From Eledone cirrhosa (taxonomy: Eukaryota), in the NCBI GenBank assembly GCA_964016885.1, contig CAXHJY010001680.1, positions 1 to 39,207 of the forward strand: a DNA stretch of 39,207 nucleotides, in the 5' to 3' direction. Below the pieces are notes generated by a model that did no database searches, had not been told where the DNA came from, and worked only from the letters and a program-made list of their open reading frames with translations. Numbering within the stretch: the stretch's first letter is position 1; each line of letters opens with the position of its first letter. The translations under genes were made by a program, and so were the position numbers. Of this stretch, positions 1 to 15,490 are shown piece by piece.

Positions 1-212
1 TGAAATTAATGCATGCAAGATTTCACAGCTCTAGCATCAGTTCTTCATAGTCAACGTATGAACTTTTCAGGTGATTCACAGCTCAGATATTTTATAGAGA
101 TATTAACTCGACCGTAGTATATGACTGGTATTTTATATCATTTAGCATTGGCGGTTTTAAACAGGGAAAAGGCTGAAACTAAATAACGCCGCCATAATGT
201 GATGCATATAAT

Positions 213-265
213 TGTTTCTACTTTTTGGCACAAGGCCAGCAATTATCTCAGTGCATTACTGGTAC
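213..265 (-). mobile_element. 5'-truncated SINE (family S1, 3' end only) with 17-bp TSD
   Basis: Matches the S1 3' end (GGCCTTGTGCCAAAAAGTAGAAACA on minus); flanked by exact AATGTGATGCATATAAT at 196-212 and 266-282. Confidence 0.85.
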
Positions 266-404
266 AATGTGATGCATATAATGTGTGCGTATTTTTATTT
301 ATATAATTTATATATGTATACACATATGTGTGGATGGGTGTGCGCGTGATGATACACACACTCATACACACACATATATATATGTGCATGTATATATATA
401 TATA

Positions 405-442
<38 letters not shown>

Positions 443-462
443 CATATATATACATATATATA

Positions 463-939
463 TGGTGGCTGCCAACTCGTTTTCGAGTACGGCCACTACT
501 TTGTATCCATGTAGGAGAACCCCCACCGATGCGCTGAACGAGTGTGACTTTTTAGTCCAGCCAGCGACTTGAAAACTCTGGTACAAACACTACACTTGTG
601 ACAATTACTGACACATAGTGCTGGGCCCATGGTACCATGTGAAGACAAGTGCAGAGAGATCTCCAGATATAAAGCAATGCCTGTGCCGTGAAGCTTTTAT
701 AGTGAGCAAAGGCACTGCACAAAGCCAGTCCCACTCTCTTAACTAAGATGATATTTACCAAAAAGAAGAACAAGTCAACATCATTGGATACCATCAGGGT
801 TGCAGGTGTTATATCAGAGTTTTCCTTCTCCTAGAATTCTGCCTTGACAAAGGCTAAGGGGTCATCTCTCCCGGTCATTTTGGATGGCCATTGACTCTTA
901 AGAGCTCCTTTGCCCTTTGACAGGTTTTGTTTTTATTCC
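463..939 (-). mobile_element. Non-autonomous RTE-related element, copy 1
   Basis: 463-874 is near-identical to 18475-18883. Minus strand carries CTAGGAGAAGGAAAACTCTG (815-834; recalled RTE 5' motif) and ends in GGCCGTACTCGAAAACGAGTTGGCAGCCACCA(TA)n. Confidence 0.7.
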
Positions 940-2180
<1,241 letters not shown>

Positions 2181-2242
2181 CGTATCGGTTTACCGAACAT
2201 TTATTATAATGCTCGGTTTGTTTGTTTGTAAACTATATATAT

Positions 2243-2713
2243 AAGCAGAAGGGATATTCAATTTGTTGGTAATTCAACAAATATAAATGTTTATAACTGA
2301 TTCAGAGCACTCGACAGATTTTCTGGAGTATAATATTCAATGATATTAAATAAATGGAAACTATATTTATAAAACCATATTTATTCTATTATATATATTT
2401 CAAGGGTACCAAAACCTTGGTACGCTTTCATCAGATAAAATACAAAGTTTGTTTTATAAATTTTGACATAATCAAGAAAAGATACCTTAACGGTTCAAGT
2501 TTTTCTTGAATAGTGAAGGAAAAGAGAAGAAAAGTCAGATATTTCAAATTATTAAGATGAGTATGCAAATGAGGTTGAGGTATGGGGCTGAAAAAACGTT
2601 ATTTTTAGACGCTATGCAGAATTTAAATAATTAGGATATATGTATGTATGAGCAGGAAGAAGAAAAAAAGAAAGAAGAGCTTGTATTTACGTTAATTTAA
2701 AAGGAATTAACAA
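2243..2713 (-). mobile_element. Hammerhead-bearing non-coding element, family C, copy 1
   Basis: Reverse-complement homologue of 35819-36300; contains a hammerhead; ends in a TA run. Confidence 0.8.
2382..2442 (-). ncRNA. Type I minimal hammerhead ribozyme
   Basis: Minus strand: TATTTTAT-CTGATGA-AAGCGTACCAA ggtt TTGGTACCCTT-GAAA-TATATA-TA-ATAGAATA; helix I 8 bp, helix II ~10 bp, palindromic helix III. Confidence 0.85.
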
Positions 2714-3049
2714 TTTCGGCTGTGATCGAAAACAAACATATATATATATGTATGTATATTTATTTTTTGTAAGTTTTGGGGTTTTTTTTATTGTTTTTTA
2801 TTGTTTTTTTTTATTGTTTTTGATCATGCTGAGTAACACCTTCACTCATTCCTTGCTGCCCTCTCCCAACCTCCTTATCATCTATTGCACCATTTATGTG
2901 ATAAATTTTTGATGTAATATTTCATGTAATTTTTTATGACATTTTATGACATTTTATGACATTATGTGCTTCATGTGTTGTGTCTTTTTCTATATAGCGC
3001 TGGCCTGGTGACGCAGCTTGATGGAGTATGCAACTTTTGATATACTCTT

Positions 3050-3111
3050 GTTTATAGGCTCTGATGATTCCTGCCATAGGGTATGGATGAAACACTTTTA
3101 GCTAATAAAAC
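3050..3111 (+). ncRNA. Degenerate type I hammerhead ribozyme
   Basis: GGCT-CTGATGA(3061-3067)-tTCC TGCC atag GGTA t GGAt-GAAA(3089-3092)-CACTTTT-AGCT then AATAAA; helix II closing pair and helix III imperfect. Confidence 0.5.
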
Positions 3112-3258
3112 AATGTATTTCTAAGCACTCTTTGGTTGTTCCTAAAATTATAACGGCTCTGTAGTATACTAGTTATCCTACATTGAGCTAAAACCACACT
3201 GTCATACCAAGGGCAATATATCTGCGTGTCTGGGCACTTGATATATTTGTCAACGAAA

Positions 3259-4800
<1,542 letters not shown>

Positions 4801-4808
4801 ATAAACAT

Positions 4809-4887
4809 AAATTATCGAGATTCGCATTTCGGCCCACGAAATAACGAAAAACAACCCCCGAGATGTGAGGCAAGTGCTCAATGATTC
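4809..4887 (+). repeat. TA-adjacent repeat terminus shared with 35088-35167
   Basis: TAACGAAAAACAAC..CCGAGATGTG.GGCAAG.GCTC.ATGATTCA present in both copies. Confidence 0.7.
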
Positions 4888-4945
4888 AGATGAACCAGAG
4901 CTATAACAAACGTTAAAGGCCAAACACACTGAGACGTCTCAACTC

Positions 4946-4985
4946 TACTTTTGAAAAGCAGAAGAACTCCGAAACCGGTAAAGGA
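4946..4985 (+). ncRNA. Decayed minimal hammerhead
   Basis: TACTT-TTGAAAA-GCAG aagaa CTCC-GAAA-CCGG-TA-AAGGA: correct spacing; four substitutions from TCCTT-CTGAAGA-GGAG..CTCC-GAAA-CCGG-TA-AAGGA. Confidence 0.45.
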
Positions 4986-5821
4986 ACCAAATAAATATAT
5001 ATATATTTTTTTTAAATAAGACTCCAGTTGCATTTTCGATTTCATCTTTTTTTCTTTATACTTTCACTTGTGTAGGACACCTCGGTTATTTTTCATTTTG
5101 TAAAAAAAAAGTCACTTTCTAATATATATATATATATATATGCGCATGTGAATATATATGCGCATGGTGAACATGTATGCTGAAAAGAGTATTCCCTTTT
5201 CTATTGTTACCATTAAAAGATAATAGTGTCCAGATAAGAAACTATAATGTTATTTTGGGATTAAACAATAAGGTAATAATAGTTGATGTAAATATGTGAG
5301 ATATATAGAGGAGTTGCGACTAGCAGACAGTAACAGTATGATTCCTTGCTTCTATCTCACGATCGGCTGCATTATATATACATACACACACACATACATA
5401 TAGATAGACAGTCAGATAGATAGATAGATAGATAAAGATTCATTTATGTAGAACATATAAACAAATTCATATGATGAAACCAATATATATATGTATATAT
5501 CCGTCTTTGTGCGAGCGTGCGTGTTCGACTCCATGTACATATACATAGAAGTGTGTGTGTGTAAAATATGTATTTATCTACTCTATCTATGTGTCCATAA
5601 ATCCACACACTAACTCACATATACAAGCAGTGAGTGTGTGTACATAAATAAATTTGTGAAGAAGTATCTCAAGCGAACGATAAATGTTATAACAATAATG
5701 GCCAGCAGACAAGATAATTGCGCGCGCGCGTGTGTGTGTGCGTGTGCGTGTGTGTGTGTGCGTGTGCGCGCGTTTAAATATAGAAATTTATATGTGAATG
5801 TGTTTGTATAGGCTTGTGCAA

Positions 5822-5859
<38 letters not shown>

Positions 5860-5938
5860 AAACAAAATGTGAGGAAACATCTCAAGCAATGTTTCAACAA
5901 TAATGGCTCATACATACATACATACATACATACATACA

Positions 5939-5969
<31 letters not shown>

Positions 5970-7009
5970 GTGCATAAACAAAATAATAAAATGGTGGGCA
6001 AAGATTTTGAACAGACGATAAATATTTTAACGATAATGGCCTCCAGACAATTTTGTTTTGTTTTTTAAGTAACGTAAATTGGCGGGTTGGTGTGTTTCGT
6101 TCCACACATAGCGTAAAGTAGTTTATATACTTGATCGTCTGCACTCGCTAGACACTAGGTCACATGGAGGTGGAAATTTGAATTACTATTGTTTACTCTG
6201 AAATTAGAGAGAGCGTATGTGTGTGAGAGATGGGGAGGGGGGGAAGAGGTACGTAGTGGAGCGCAGCAATTGTTTGCTCGCCATGTCTTTGACACAAATT
6301 CCCGCTGTCACTTCTCGTCGGTTCTCATCGCCTACTTCACATTGATTTATTCGTTTTCTAAAATGGCCACGATATTTCACTAAAGCGTTTATGCGCTAGG
6401 CTCCATCATTTTATCACACACATAGATTTATATATATACAGATAGTTTAATATTCGTGAGAATCACCAATATTTGGGACTTTCATATATATATATATAAT
6501 GTATTCCCATTGCTTAATTTGACTTCTTCAAATATTCCAGTAAATTCCGTTTCTAAAGATTAACCGACTCATCACTGTTCCATGAAATTTAAACGAACTT
6601 ATTTCACGTCTTTACTATATCCTCTCTCAATGACCCACTTGTTCTCTCTGCTGCTTGCTCTCTTCATAATTTTAGTTTTATTGATGTTTATCTTTAGGCT
6701 AACACTTTTGACGATTTTTTTTTTTTTTTTTTATCAAACTTGTGTTCATTATTTCTCTGTATTTTTGCCGTTTCTTTACTAAGCAAAACAATGGCATCAG
6801 CATAATCCACGTCCACCCTATATTTCCCATAAATTCTATCAATTCTTTTTCTTCCATCTTTGATTGTTTCTTTCATTGCGTAGCTTATTAGAACACCAAC
6901 AAAAGAAGTGATAGGACATCTCCTTGCAATACTTACTGACTTCATTTTTTACTGTCAACGCTTACTGACATTTAACTCTATGTACTGAACTTATTCGTTA
7001 GAACTACAT

Positions 7010-7120
7010 TCCGGCTCTCTGCACTATGATTTCAAATCCTGTCGTGTTCAACTTTGCCTTTTATCCTTTCGAGGTCGATAAGAAAAGTACCAGACAAGTA
7101 CTGTGGTTGATTCTTCGATT
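7010..7120 (+). mobile_element. Old SINE S1 fragment
   Basis: TTCAAATCC..ACTTTGCCTTTTATCCTTTCGAGGTCGATAAGAAAAGTACCAG. Confidence 0.75.
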
Positions 7121-7182
7121 TTTTTTTTCTATAGAAGGTGAGAGAGTGATTGAGAGGAAGTGAGAAAGAGATATAAAGGAAG

Positions 7183-7335
7183 AATCGACTCCAGTACTGG
7201 GCTCGTACTTTTTTTTGTCGACATCGAAAGGATGACAAGTAAAGTTAATATCGGCAATATTTGAACTCAGATCGCAGAGAGCCAGAAAGCAAAGTAGTCT
7301 ATCCAACATTTTAATGACTCTACTAATTCACCGCC
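7183..7335 (-). mobile_element. Old SINE S1 copy, inverted relative to its neighbour
   Basis: GTCGAC..AAAGGATGACAAGTAAAGTT..TTTGAACTCAG on plus. Confidence 0.7.
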
Positions 7336-7344
7336 TGTTTGTAT

Positions 7345-7783
7345 AATACGTCAATAGCATGATGTGCTTTGATATATGGAAGAATGTTACGCCATAGCAA
7401 TCACTAAAGCTAATCGTTTAAAAGTCTTTAAAAACAAAGCATTACAAAGACTCTTGGACATAAAATGGCGTGATTGTTTTCGAAAGAAAGTGTTACGAGA
7501 CATAACGAAAATACCATGTATTGATTAAGAAAAGAAACTAGAAAGTAGATGATGATATTTGAGCTACATATGTCACTTCGATTCTGAAGATCGATTAATA
7601 TATGAGGCAGTAAAATGGACAGTCCTTGATATCAATAGAAGAGAAAGACCAAGATCCATTTGGCTGAATAGAATGCAAAGAGAAATGGACCACGACTGGA
7701 TAGAGACTGGAAGAGAAGCACGGGGTACAGCGAGAGTATGTGAAGATCTTTTGAGGCAGTTGGTGTTGAGAGTATTAGAGTAA
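7345..7783 (+). pseudogene. Decayed non-LTR retrotransposon (RTE-like) post-RT region
   Basis: Translates with stops to LIYG..RLKVFKNKALQRLLDIKWRD..YLSYICH..AVKW..RRERPRSIWLNRMQRE. Confidence 0.7.
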
Positions 7784-8155
7784 CATACATATAGAGATAT
7801 ATGTGTGAGAGTGTGTGTAGTGTGTGTGTGTGTGTCGGTTTCTGCCTATCTATATGTATGTATGTATGTGCCTAACTGAAAATGTTTTCCCAAGTTCTCT
7901 ATTAAATAAATATTGATATTATCAACGTCTGCTTGCGGCGGACATATTGAATTTTTTCCATTTTCTTTCTTTCTTCTTTTCCTCTTCTATTTATTATCAT
8001 TATTTTTAATGCAATAATAATTATTATTGTTGTTGTGGGGATTGTTGTTGTTGTGGGGATTATTGTTGTGGTGGTGGTGATTGTTGTTGTTGTGATTGTT
8101 GTTGTTTAACCCTAGGTCTGTTCAAATCAACCATCTTGCCATTCTTTTTAGTATT

Positions 8156-8357
<202 letters not shown>

Positions 8358-8673
8358 GAAATGGTTTATGCTTGACCGTAAGGCCTAATTTATCTACACT
8401 CTGCTTTCATTAAAGTTGAATAGTAGTCTTACTAATCGAGATAAGTAACATCTTATGAATATGTGTGAGAGAGAGAGGGGGTGGGGCAGACAGACGTTGT
8501 GAGATCCTGAAGCTGTTCATAGATGGTTGTAAGACGTGGGAAAAATATTAGCAAAGCTGTCGGCTACAGTCGACCACTCTTATCTTATAATCACTTCAGT
8601 AGCTTACAAGATGATATCTTGTGACCAAAGGCACGACCACATATGACACAGCCCAGACACACACACACACACA

Positions 8674-8717
<44 letters not shown>

Positions 8718-9109
8718 TTGTATAATATATCATATAGTTTGTACGGTACCTTACGTTTCATAAAATGAAATCGTATGAAATTTTATTGACACGAAATTGC
8801 TTGAACCAAGCCGTGGTTCACTGCGGTTTAATGATCTTTAAAGATACGAATATGATGAATACATCCTATATTTATCTATTTTATATCGAAGTTTTTTAAC
8901 AATACCGTCGTAGGATAATGATGTGCAGTGGGTTAATCTCGTTTATTGATATTAACAATGGCGTGACTGACAGGAAAATATTTGTACACTTCAGGCGATA
9001 CATATATCACGAGGGGCTTCGCTGGAAGACAAATGCTTATCAATTTCCTCACCGATGTTTAATTCTTTGGTCGATATACATTACCGAAAGATACACACAC
9101 ACACGTATG

Positions 9110-9480
9110 TATGTGTCGGACCTTCGTCAATTGCGAAGATGATTGTTCTGGTTGTCTGATCAAGGGAGTAACCTGTTCATGAAATTAACTCGCAAATGGC
9201 TGATCATTTCACAGCCACGTGTACCAATAACGTAGTTTTCTGGCAGATTAAACATGACAGTGTGTGACTTGGCTGGGTTTTTTAATTATAGGTACAGTCA
9301 ACCTCGTATTATAGTGAAATTGACTGAGTATTTCACAGACACGTGGATCCGTTAACTTAATTTTGGGGACATTAAGCAAGTCACTGTGAATAACCTTTTG
9401 AATTAAGCTGTAACTCATTTTTGCCAGCTAAATGGATGGGTGTAACATGAAATAAAGTGTCTTGCTGAAGGACACAATGT
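9110..9480 (-). mobile_element. Old SINE (S2-related) with internal ~130 bp duplication
   Basis: CTCATTTTTGCCAGCT..GAAATAAAGTGTCTTGCTGAAGGACACAA; body motif TTTCACAG.CACGTG occurs twice; related body at 26270-26440. Confidence 0.65.
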
Positions 9481-9591
9481 ACATACATTTATGCTTACAT
9501 ACGTACATATGTACACAGGTGCGCGCTAATAGCAGGGGGAGACAAAAGTTAGTTTTGACTTAAATATTAGGTAAAAATTAAACTAAAATAT

Positions 9592-9751
9592 TTGTTTCTA
9601 TTTTTTTGGCACAAGGCCAGCAATTACCCAGTACATTACTGGTACTTTATTTTATCGACCCTGTAAGGATGAAAGGCAAAGTTAACCTCGGCGGGATTTG
9701 AACTCAGATCATAAAGTGACATAACTATGCTAGAAAGCATGGTGTCTGACC
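9592..9751 (-). mobile_element. SINE S1 (short subfamily)
   Basis: High similarity to 10365, 22905, 24845, 25305 and 28197 copies; B-box-like GAGTTCAAATCC on minus. Confidence 0.9.
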
Positions 9752-10364
9752 AAAATAATATAAATTAGAAACTCTATCTTCTTCCTCCTCCTCTTCCTCC
9801 TCCTCTTGGAGACGGATGTTTTGGAGTTCCAAAGTCATTTACGACGGTTTTGAAGGCCAGATTCGTTCAAAACACATAAAAAATCATAGGAGAAGCATAA
9901 ATTTCGCCTTCAAAGTTCTATCAACTTTGAGATGAAAATAAAATGCTTACTGTTATGCCAAATGACAATATACAAGCTAGGAAACAATAATTCTGAATAT
10001 ATAAAATTTCTTTTTGTTTTTTCTTTGTTAGTGAATATAACATTAATTACAATTTCTTATTTATATGAACTGGATATTTTAACCACTAAAATGGTTCCGT
10101 TAATCATCTGTTACTCAATAAAATTCAACTGAACGTATGAATAATAGTGACTGAAGGTTTAGCAGACGACCAAACTTAAAACCACCAGTTCAGACTCTCT
10201 GGAAGAAACGAATTTATAAAATTTGTTTCGAGATAAATTGCCAAAAAGTTAGTGTGTGAAAGATTCTCTAAACAAAAAGTTTGGCGTATATGTGTCTGTA
10301 TTTTATCGAAAAACAAACGAACGCCATTTCAGTTTAAACCTTGTCACTCTGTGAAGGAAATAAT

Positions 10365-10506
10365 TGTTTATACTTTTGGCACAAGGCCAGCAATTATCCC
10401 AGTGCATGACTGGTACTTTATTTTATCGACCCCATAAGGATGAAAGGCAAAGTTAACCTCGGCGGGATTTGAACTCAGAATGGCAAGGGCTGTAACTCTA
10501 TGCGTC
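10365..10506 (-). mobile_element. SINE S1, 5'-truncated, 11-bp TSD
   Basis: AAGGAAATAAT at 10354-10364 and 10507-10517. Confidence 0.9.
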
Positions 10507-10753
10507 AAGGAAATAATAAGCCATTTTCTTTCACATTGTTGTAGGTTGAAATAGTTTCTTTCTTGGTCATTCCATGAGGGTATCTTAGGCTGACTATGAA
10601 GGAGTAATGCTAGAGTTGTGAAATCTTATTATTATAACTGTTTTGTTTCTTTCTAGGGACTGTGTTGAAAAATAAACCTCATTTGGTCGTTCCATGAGAA
10701 TATATTGGTCGGTCTATGGACCTTTCGGCCGATCCTCGTATGTTTATATAATA

Positions 10754-10796
<43 letters not shown>

Positions 10797-10939
10797 AAGC
10801 CGCTTCTCGACCTCTCTCTTCCTTTCTCCTCACCCTCACTATTTTGTCTTTCTTTTCACTTATTCTTTTGTCATGTGTCTACCTTGGTTCACCCTTACAC
10901 AAAGAACCACTTAACCCTTTAGCATTTATCTTCATTGCT

Positions 10940-11580
10940 ACCATCAATCAACCATCACGATCCACGGAATCAACATCACAATCATCACCATTAACACCAT
11001 TACCACCATTACCATCAACACCACCACCGTCAACGTCACCCTCACCACCACCACCGCCTCCACTATAACCACCAGCTCCATTACCACAACCACCACAACT
11101 GTTATCATCACCACTACCACCAGCACAACCTCCAACACTATCATCATCACCACCCTAACAACCACCACCACCAGCACAACCACCATAACTGTTATCATCA
11201 CCACTATCACCAGCATAACTGTTATCATCACCACAACCACCACCACACAACCATCACCACCACCACCATACAACCATCACCACCACCACCACAACAACCC
11301 CCACCATACAACCATCACCACAACCACCACCACAACCACCACCATACAATCATCACCACAACAACCACAACCATCACCACCACAACCACTACAACCATCA
11401 CCAAAACATCCATCACCACAACCACCACAACCACCATCTCCACAACAACGATCACCACCACCACCATCACCACCATCACCACAACAACCACCACCATCAC
11501 CACCATCACCACAACCACCATCACCACAACCACCACAACCACCACCATCACCACAACCACCACCACCACTACCACTACTA
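10940..11580. repeat. Cryptic (ACC/ATC/ACA)n trinucleotide repeat
   Basis: Visible directly. Confidence 0.9.
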
Positions 11581-11844
11581 TACTTTCTATCTTGCAGTAT
11601 TACAATCTTTATTAATTAGACCACAACACGCGTCTCTCTCTTCATTATATACATTATTCTCCTTTAGGGTGGGGGAGGAGAGGTCCCTATTTCTCAGCCC
11701 CTCGGGACTTCTGCTTTATTATCTCCCATACATTTCACAAGATTATCCCCCCCCCCCCACCTCTTCTCACTGTTCATATATTCACCACCCACTACGTTAC
11801 ACCTCACACAAACCATCACCATTTAACAATACACCACTGCTAAA

Positions 11845-13320
11845 CATTGTGTGTGTGTGTGTCTATATATATGTATGTGTCTATATATATGTATGTGTCT
11901 ATATATATATATGTATGTGTGTATATATATATACATATGTGTGTGTATATATGTATGTGTGTATCTATGTATTTATGTTCTAGTTACATTTTTGTTGCTT
12001 CATTTTTCACCAATAAAGAGAAAGTTGGTTCCTACAAGACTTTAATTTAGATGACGTCAACTAGATATGTGTATTGTGTGTGTGTGTATGCATGCCATGT
12101 GTGTATGCATGTGTGTCTTTTGTGTGAGAGAGTGTGTGTGTGTCTGTGTAGGTATATATGTCTGCATGTGTGTGTGAAGTTATATTTGTCAGCATGTTAG
12201 TAAGTGTACATGTGTGTGTATGAATGGATGCTATTGTGTGTGTGTGTTTGTGTACATGTGTGTGTGTGTGTGTGTCTGTGATTGTTTGTATAAGAATGGA
12301 TGCCATTGCATGAATGTGTTTTGAATGTAGGTACGGACCCCAATACGTGTGTGTGTGTAAGTATGGATTCCATTACATGTGTGTGTGTGTAGGAATCAAT
12401 TCCATGTGCGACTTCATCAATATAAATATATATTTAGGACACGATTAAATGCAATAATAACCAAATTCATTAAGGAACACTTAAGCCAGAAACCTTACGG
12501 TATCAAGGAATGACATATATATACGTAAATAAATCCGTCAAGATGGCATTTAAAAAATAATAATATAAACTTTCCAGTGAGTTGGGTTTGTTAGCTAAAT
12601 CGTACACACCACATACACAAACACATGCGTGCAAAAATATAATAACACATACACATACACACGCATACACACGTATATAAAAACATGCGTACAACCAAAT
12701 ATACTAACACACACATAAACCCTACGTACAAACGTATACACATGCGTGCGCGCACTCGCACGTAATGAGAAATCAACACACGCATACAAAACCATACGTA
12801 AGACTATATGGACAAAAACAAAAGCATATATACAACCGCATACACACATCTGTATACGTAAACACATACATAGAACCATAATTAGGTATAATATAAACAT
12901 AAATAAACTCACACACATAAATATATACATACAAACACACGTATATAATTATATACACACACACACATACAAAAATATACACACGCATTTATATATATAC
13001 ATATATATATATACATATATATACATATATATATATATACACACATACATACACACACACATACATACGTACACATACATATATACATACACACATATAT
13101 TTGTACGTCACTACTCATCTTGTTCCATTTATCTGAGGGTTCTAAACCCCATTATCAGACTAAAATTTCTTTAGTCAAAAAATACGGTGAAAGCTATCCT
13201 ATTTTCTAGTTCAAACCTGCTCACTGTTTCAAAACAAATTTACATATATATATATATATACATACATGCACACATACACACATACGCACAGACGTACAAA
13301 TAAATAATCAAAATACTATA
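11845..13320. repeat. Degenerate (TG)n/(CA)n/(TA)n low-complexity region
   Basis: Visible directly. Confidence 0.85.
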
Positions 13321-13858
13321 AATGTATTTACACATGAGTCTGTCTTCAATGCGCCTGCGTACAGCCCTATGTGAGAACATAAAAACCTAGTGGGTAAGTA
13401 GGGACAAAAGGGGAGTAAAATTGAAATAATAAACACAGTTATTAAGAATAGGTGAGGGAAAAGTGTTGTACAAGGTTTGCGATGAGATCTAGATAAGAGT
13501 ATCTAGTTAAAGAGTGAACTGAGTAAAGGATAAAGGTGGTGGGTGTGTATGTGTAAAGGGTAAGGTAGAAAGTAGGGGGGGGGGGGGGTTATAAGTCAAC
13601 TGTAGCCTAGATAGAGCACTCTTTTTTCCTGTACCTTTCCGACGGAATTACTTCATTTATATATATATATAATATATATATATATAGAGAGAGAGAGAGA
13701 ATATTTTAGTATCGTGAGAGAGTAGAGGTTTAAAGGGATAAGCGATACATATAGTTAGTGGCCAAAAGCTGGTGCATTTGTGCTCAATACTTGTGCCTAC
13801 AGGGTTAAATATCGGAAGAGTTTAATATTTAGTGGGCGAGAAATATAAGCAGAGCGGT

Positions 13859-13959
13859 TACAAATGAAAGAATTACGAAAGAGAATACAGACTGTTAGAA
13901 CATGTTTTATAAACATATTCTAACAGTCTGTATTCTCTTTCGTAATTCTTTCATTTGTA
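13859..13959. repeat. Near-perfect 49-bp-arm palindrome abutting (TA)n
   Basis: TACAAATGAAAG..AGAACATGTTT tat AAACATATTCT..CTTTCATTTGTA, one mismatch. Confidence 0.9.
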
Positions 13960-14035
13960 TATATATATATATATATATACATACATGCATACACACACAT
14001 ATATATATATAAACACACACACACGCACACACGCA

Positions 14036-14106
<71 letters not shown>

Positions 14107-15099
14107 GCATACATACGCATACATACATATATATATATATGCATACATACATTGTAGGTCGCTTTAACCCGTCTTTTATTATTCAAAAAACTTCTTGCCA
14201 ATAAGCATTAACCCTTTGTGCGCCATTCATCTAACTGTAGACCAACAAATACCAAGTAAACGGAGCGTTGACAAGAAGGATGGCGAATGAATCTTCGAGG
14301 TAAGCAGTTTCCTCCCGAGGTGTTAGTTCACGCGGGATTCTCTACTACACCTTTTCGTAATAATACCGAACAACGTACTGTTGGTCACTCCTTCCTCCAA
14401 AAGTCGTACAAAGCGGACATGTGCATCGGGTAGATGGATCGGGTGCAAATAAACACCAGGCCTACGCGAGAAATTCGCAAGGGACTGCACCGAGAGAGAT
14501 AGAGAGTAAGAGTAACTTAGTGGAAAGAGTGCGAATTAACTTTTGAGGTAAGTAGCCTCCGCCTTACTGCTATGGCACTGGAACCTTCTGCCAACTTAAC
14601 CTGTGACTTTCTCTTTCACATTTACTCCAAAAGGCCAAAACAGAGGCGTATGAAAAGAAGGGGCTCAACAATATTTCTATGAACAAAGCATGTAGACAGC
14701 TAAACTGTACTTTCAACTTCTTAATTTTCTCTAAATAAAACAAGTTTCCTGTCTGTATATTTTCGTGAGGCACTCACAAATAAACGTTTCTCATTGGAGG
14801 TGCTATTACCAATGTTCTTACCCGTGCAACACCGGGATACACTGCTAGTAGTATATAATATGCATTCTATACACACACACATAAATATATGTGTATGTAT
14901 ATATGTATATACATGTATTTATATATGTATATATGTATATACATGTATTTATATATGTATATATGTATATACATGTATTTATATATGTGTGTATGTGAGT
15001 GTACAGATATACACAAGTATATAATTTCCTTCTTTCCTTCATCTACCCGCTCCACTGTCTAAGAATTCCGTATTTTCTGGCCAATTGGACGCCTCTTCG

Positions 15100-15490
15100 T
15101 ATCAGAGATCAGAGGCAATAACAAAAATCAATTATTAATCTCTGTCCCTGATTCCCTTTATACTATGTATATTTATGGACGTCTCTGTGCTGGAAGAAGG
15201 TGTTCATAATAGAGTCCATTGCTAGAACAGAAGTCTAGTTAGGCCTCTACATTCGTATTTAGATTGGGTTCGCTGTTCCTTCCAATCACTCCTTTCCATG
15301 TCAGGTGGTCAGTGCCAATATGTGCATTGAAGTCTCTAATCTGTATATATGACTCATTTTTAGCTACATCTAACGTTGCTGTGACTTCATCAAGGAAGTA
15401 TCTGTATTCGGACTACTTGCTGGTGCATAATTTAACACTACCCACAAACACCTATTTTTCGTCCTAAGCTTCAAGAGGCAAATCCTCCCT
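15100..15490 (-). pseudogene. Decayed APE-type endonuclease of an RTE LINE
   Basis: Translates (stops and frameshifts) to VVLNYAP..RDFNAHIGTDHLTWKGVIGRN..LDFCSSNGL..IMNTFFQHRDVHKYT..IIDF. Confidence 0.85.
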
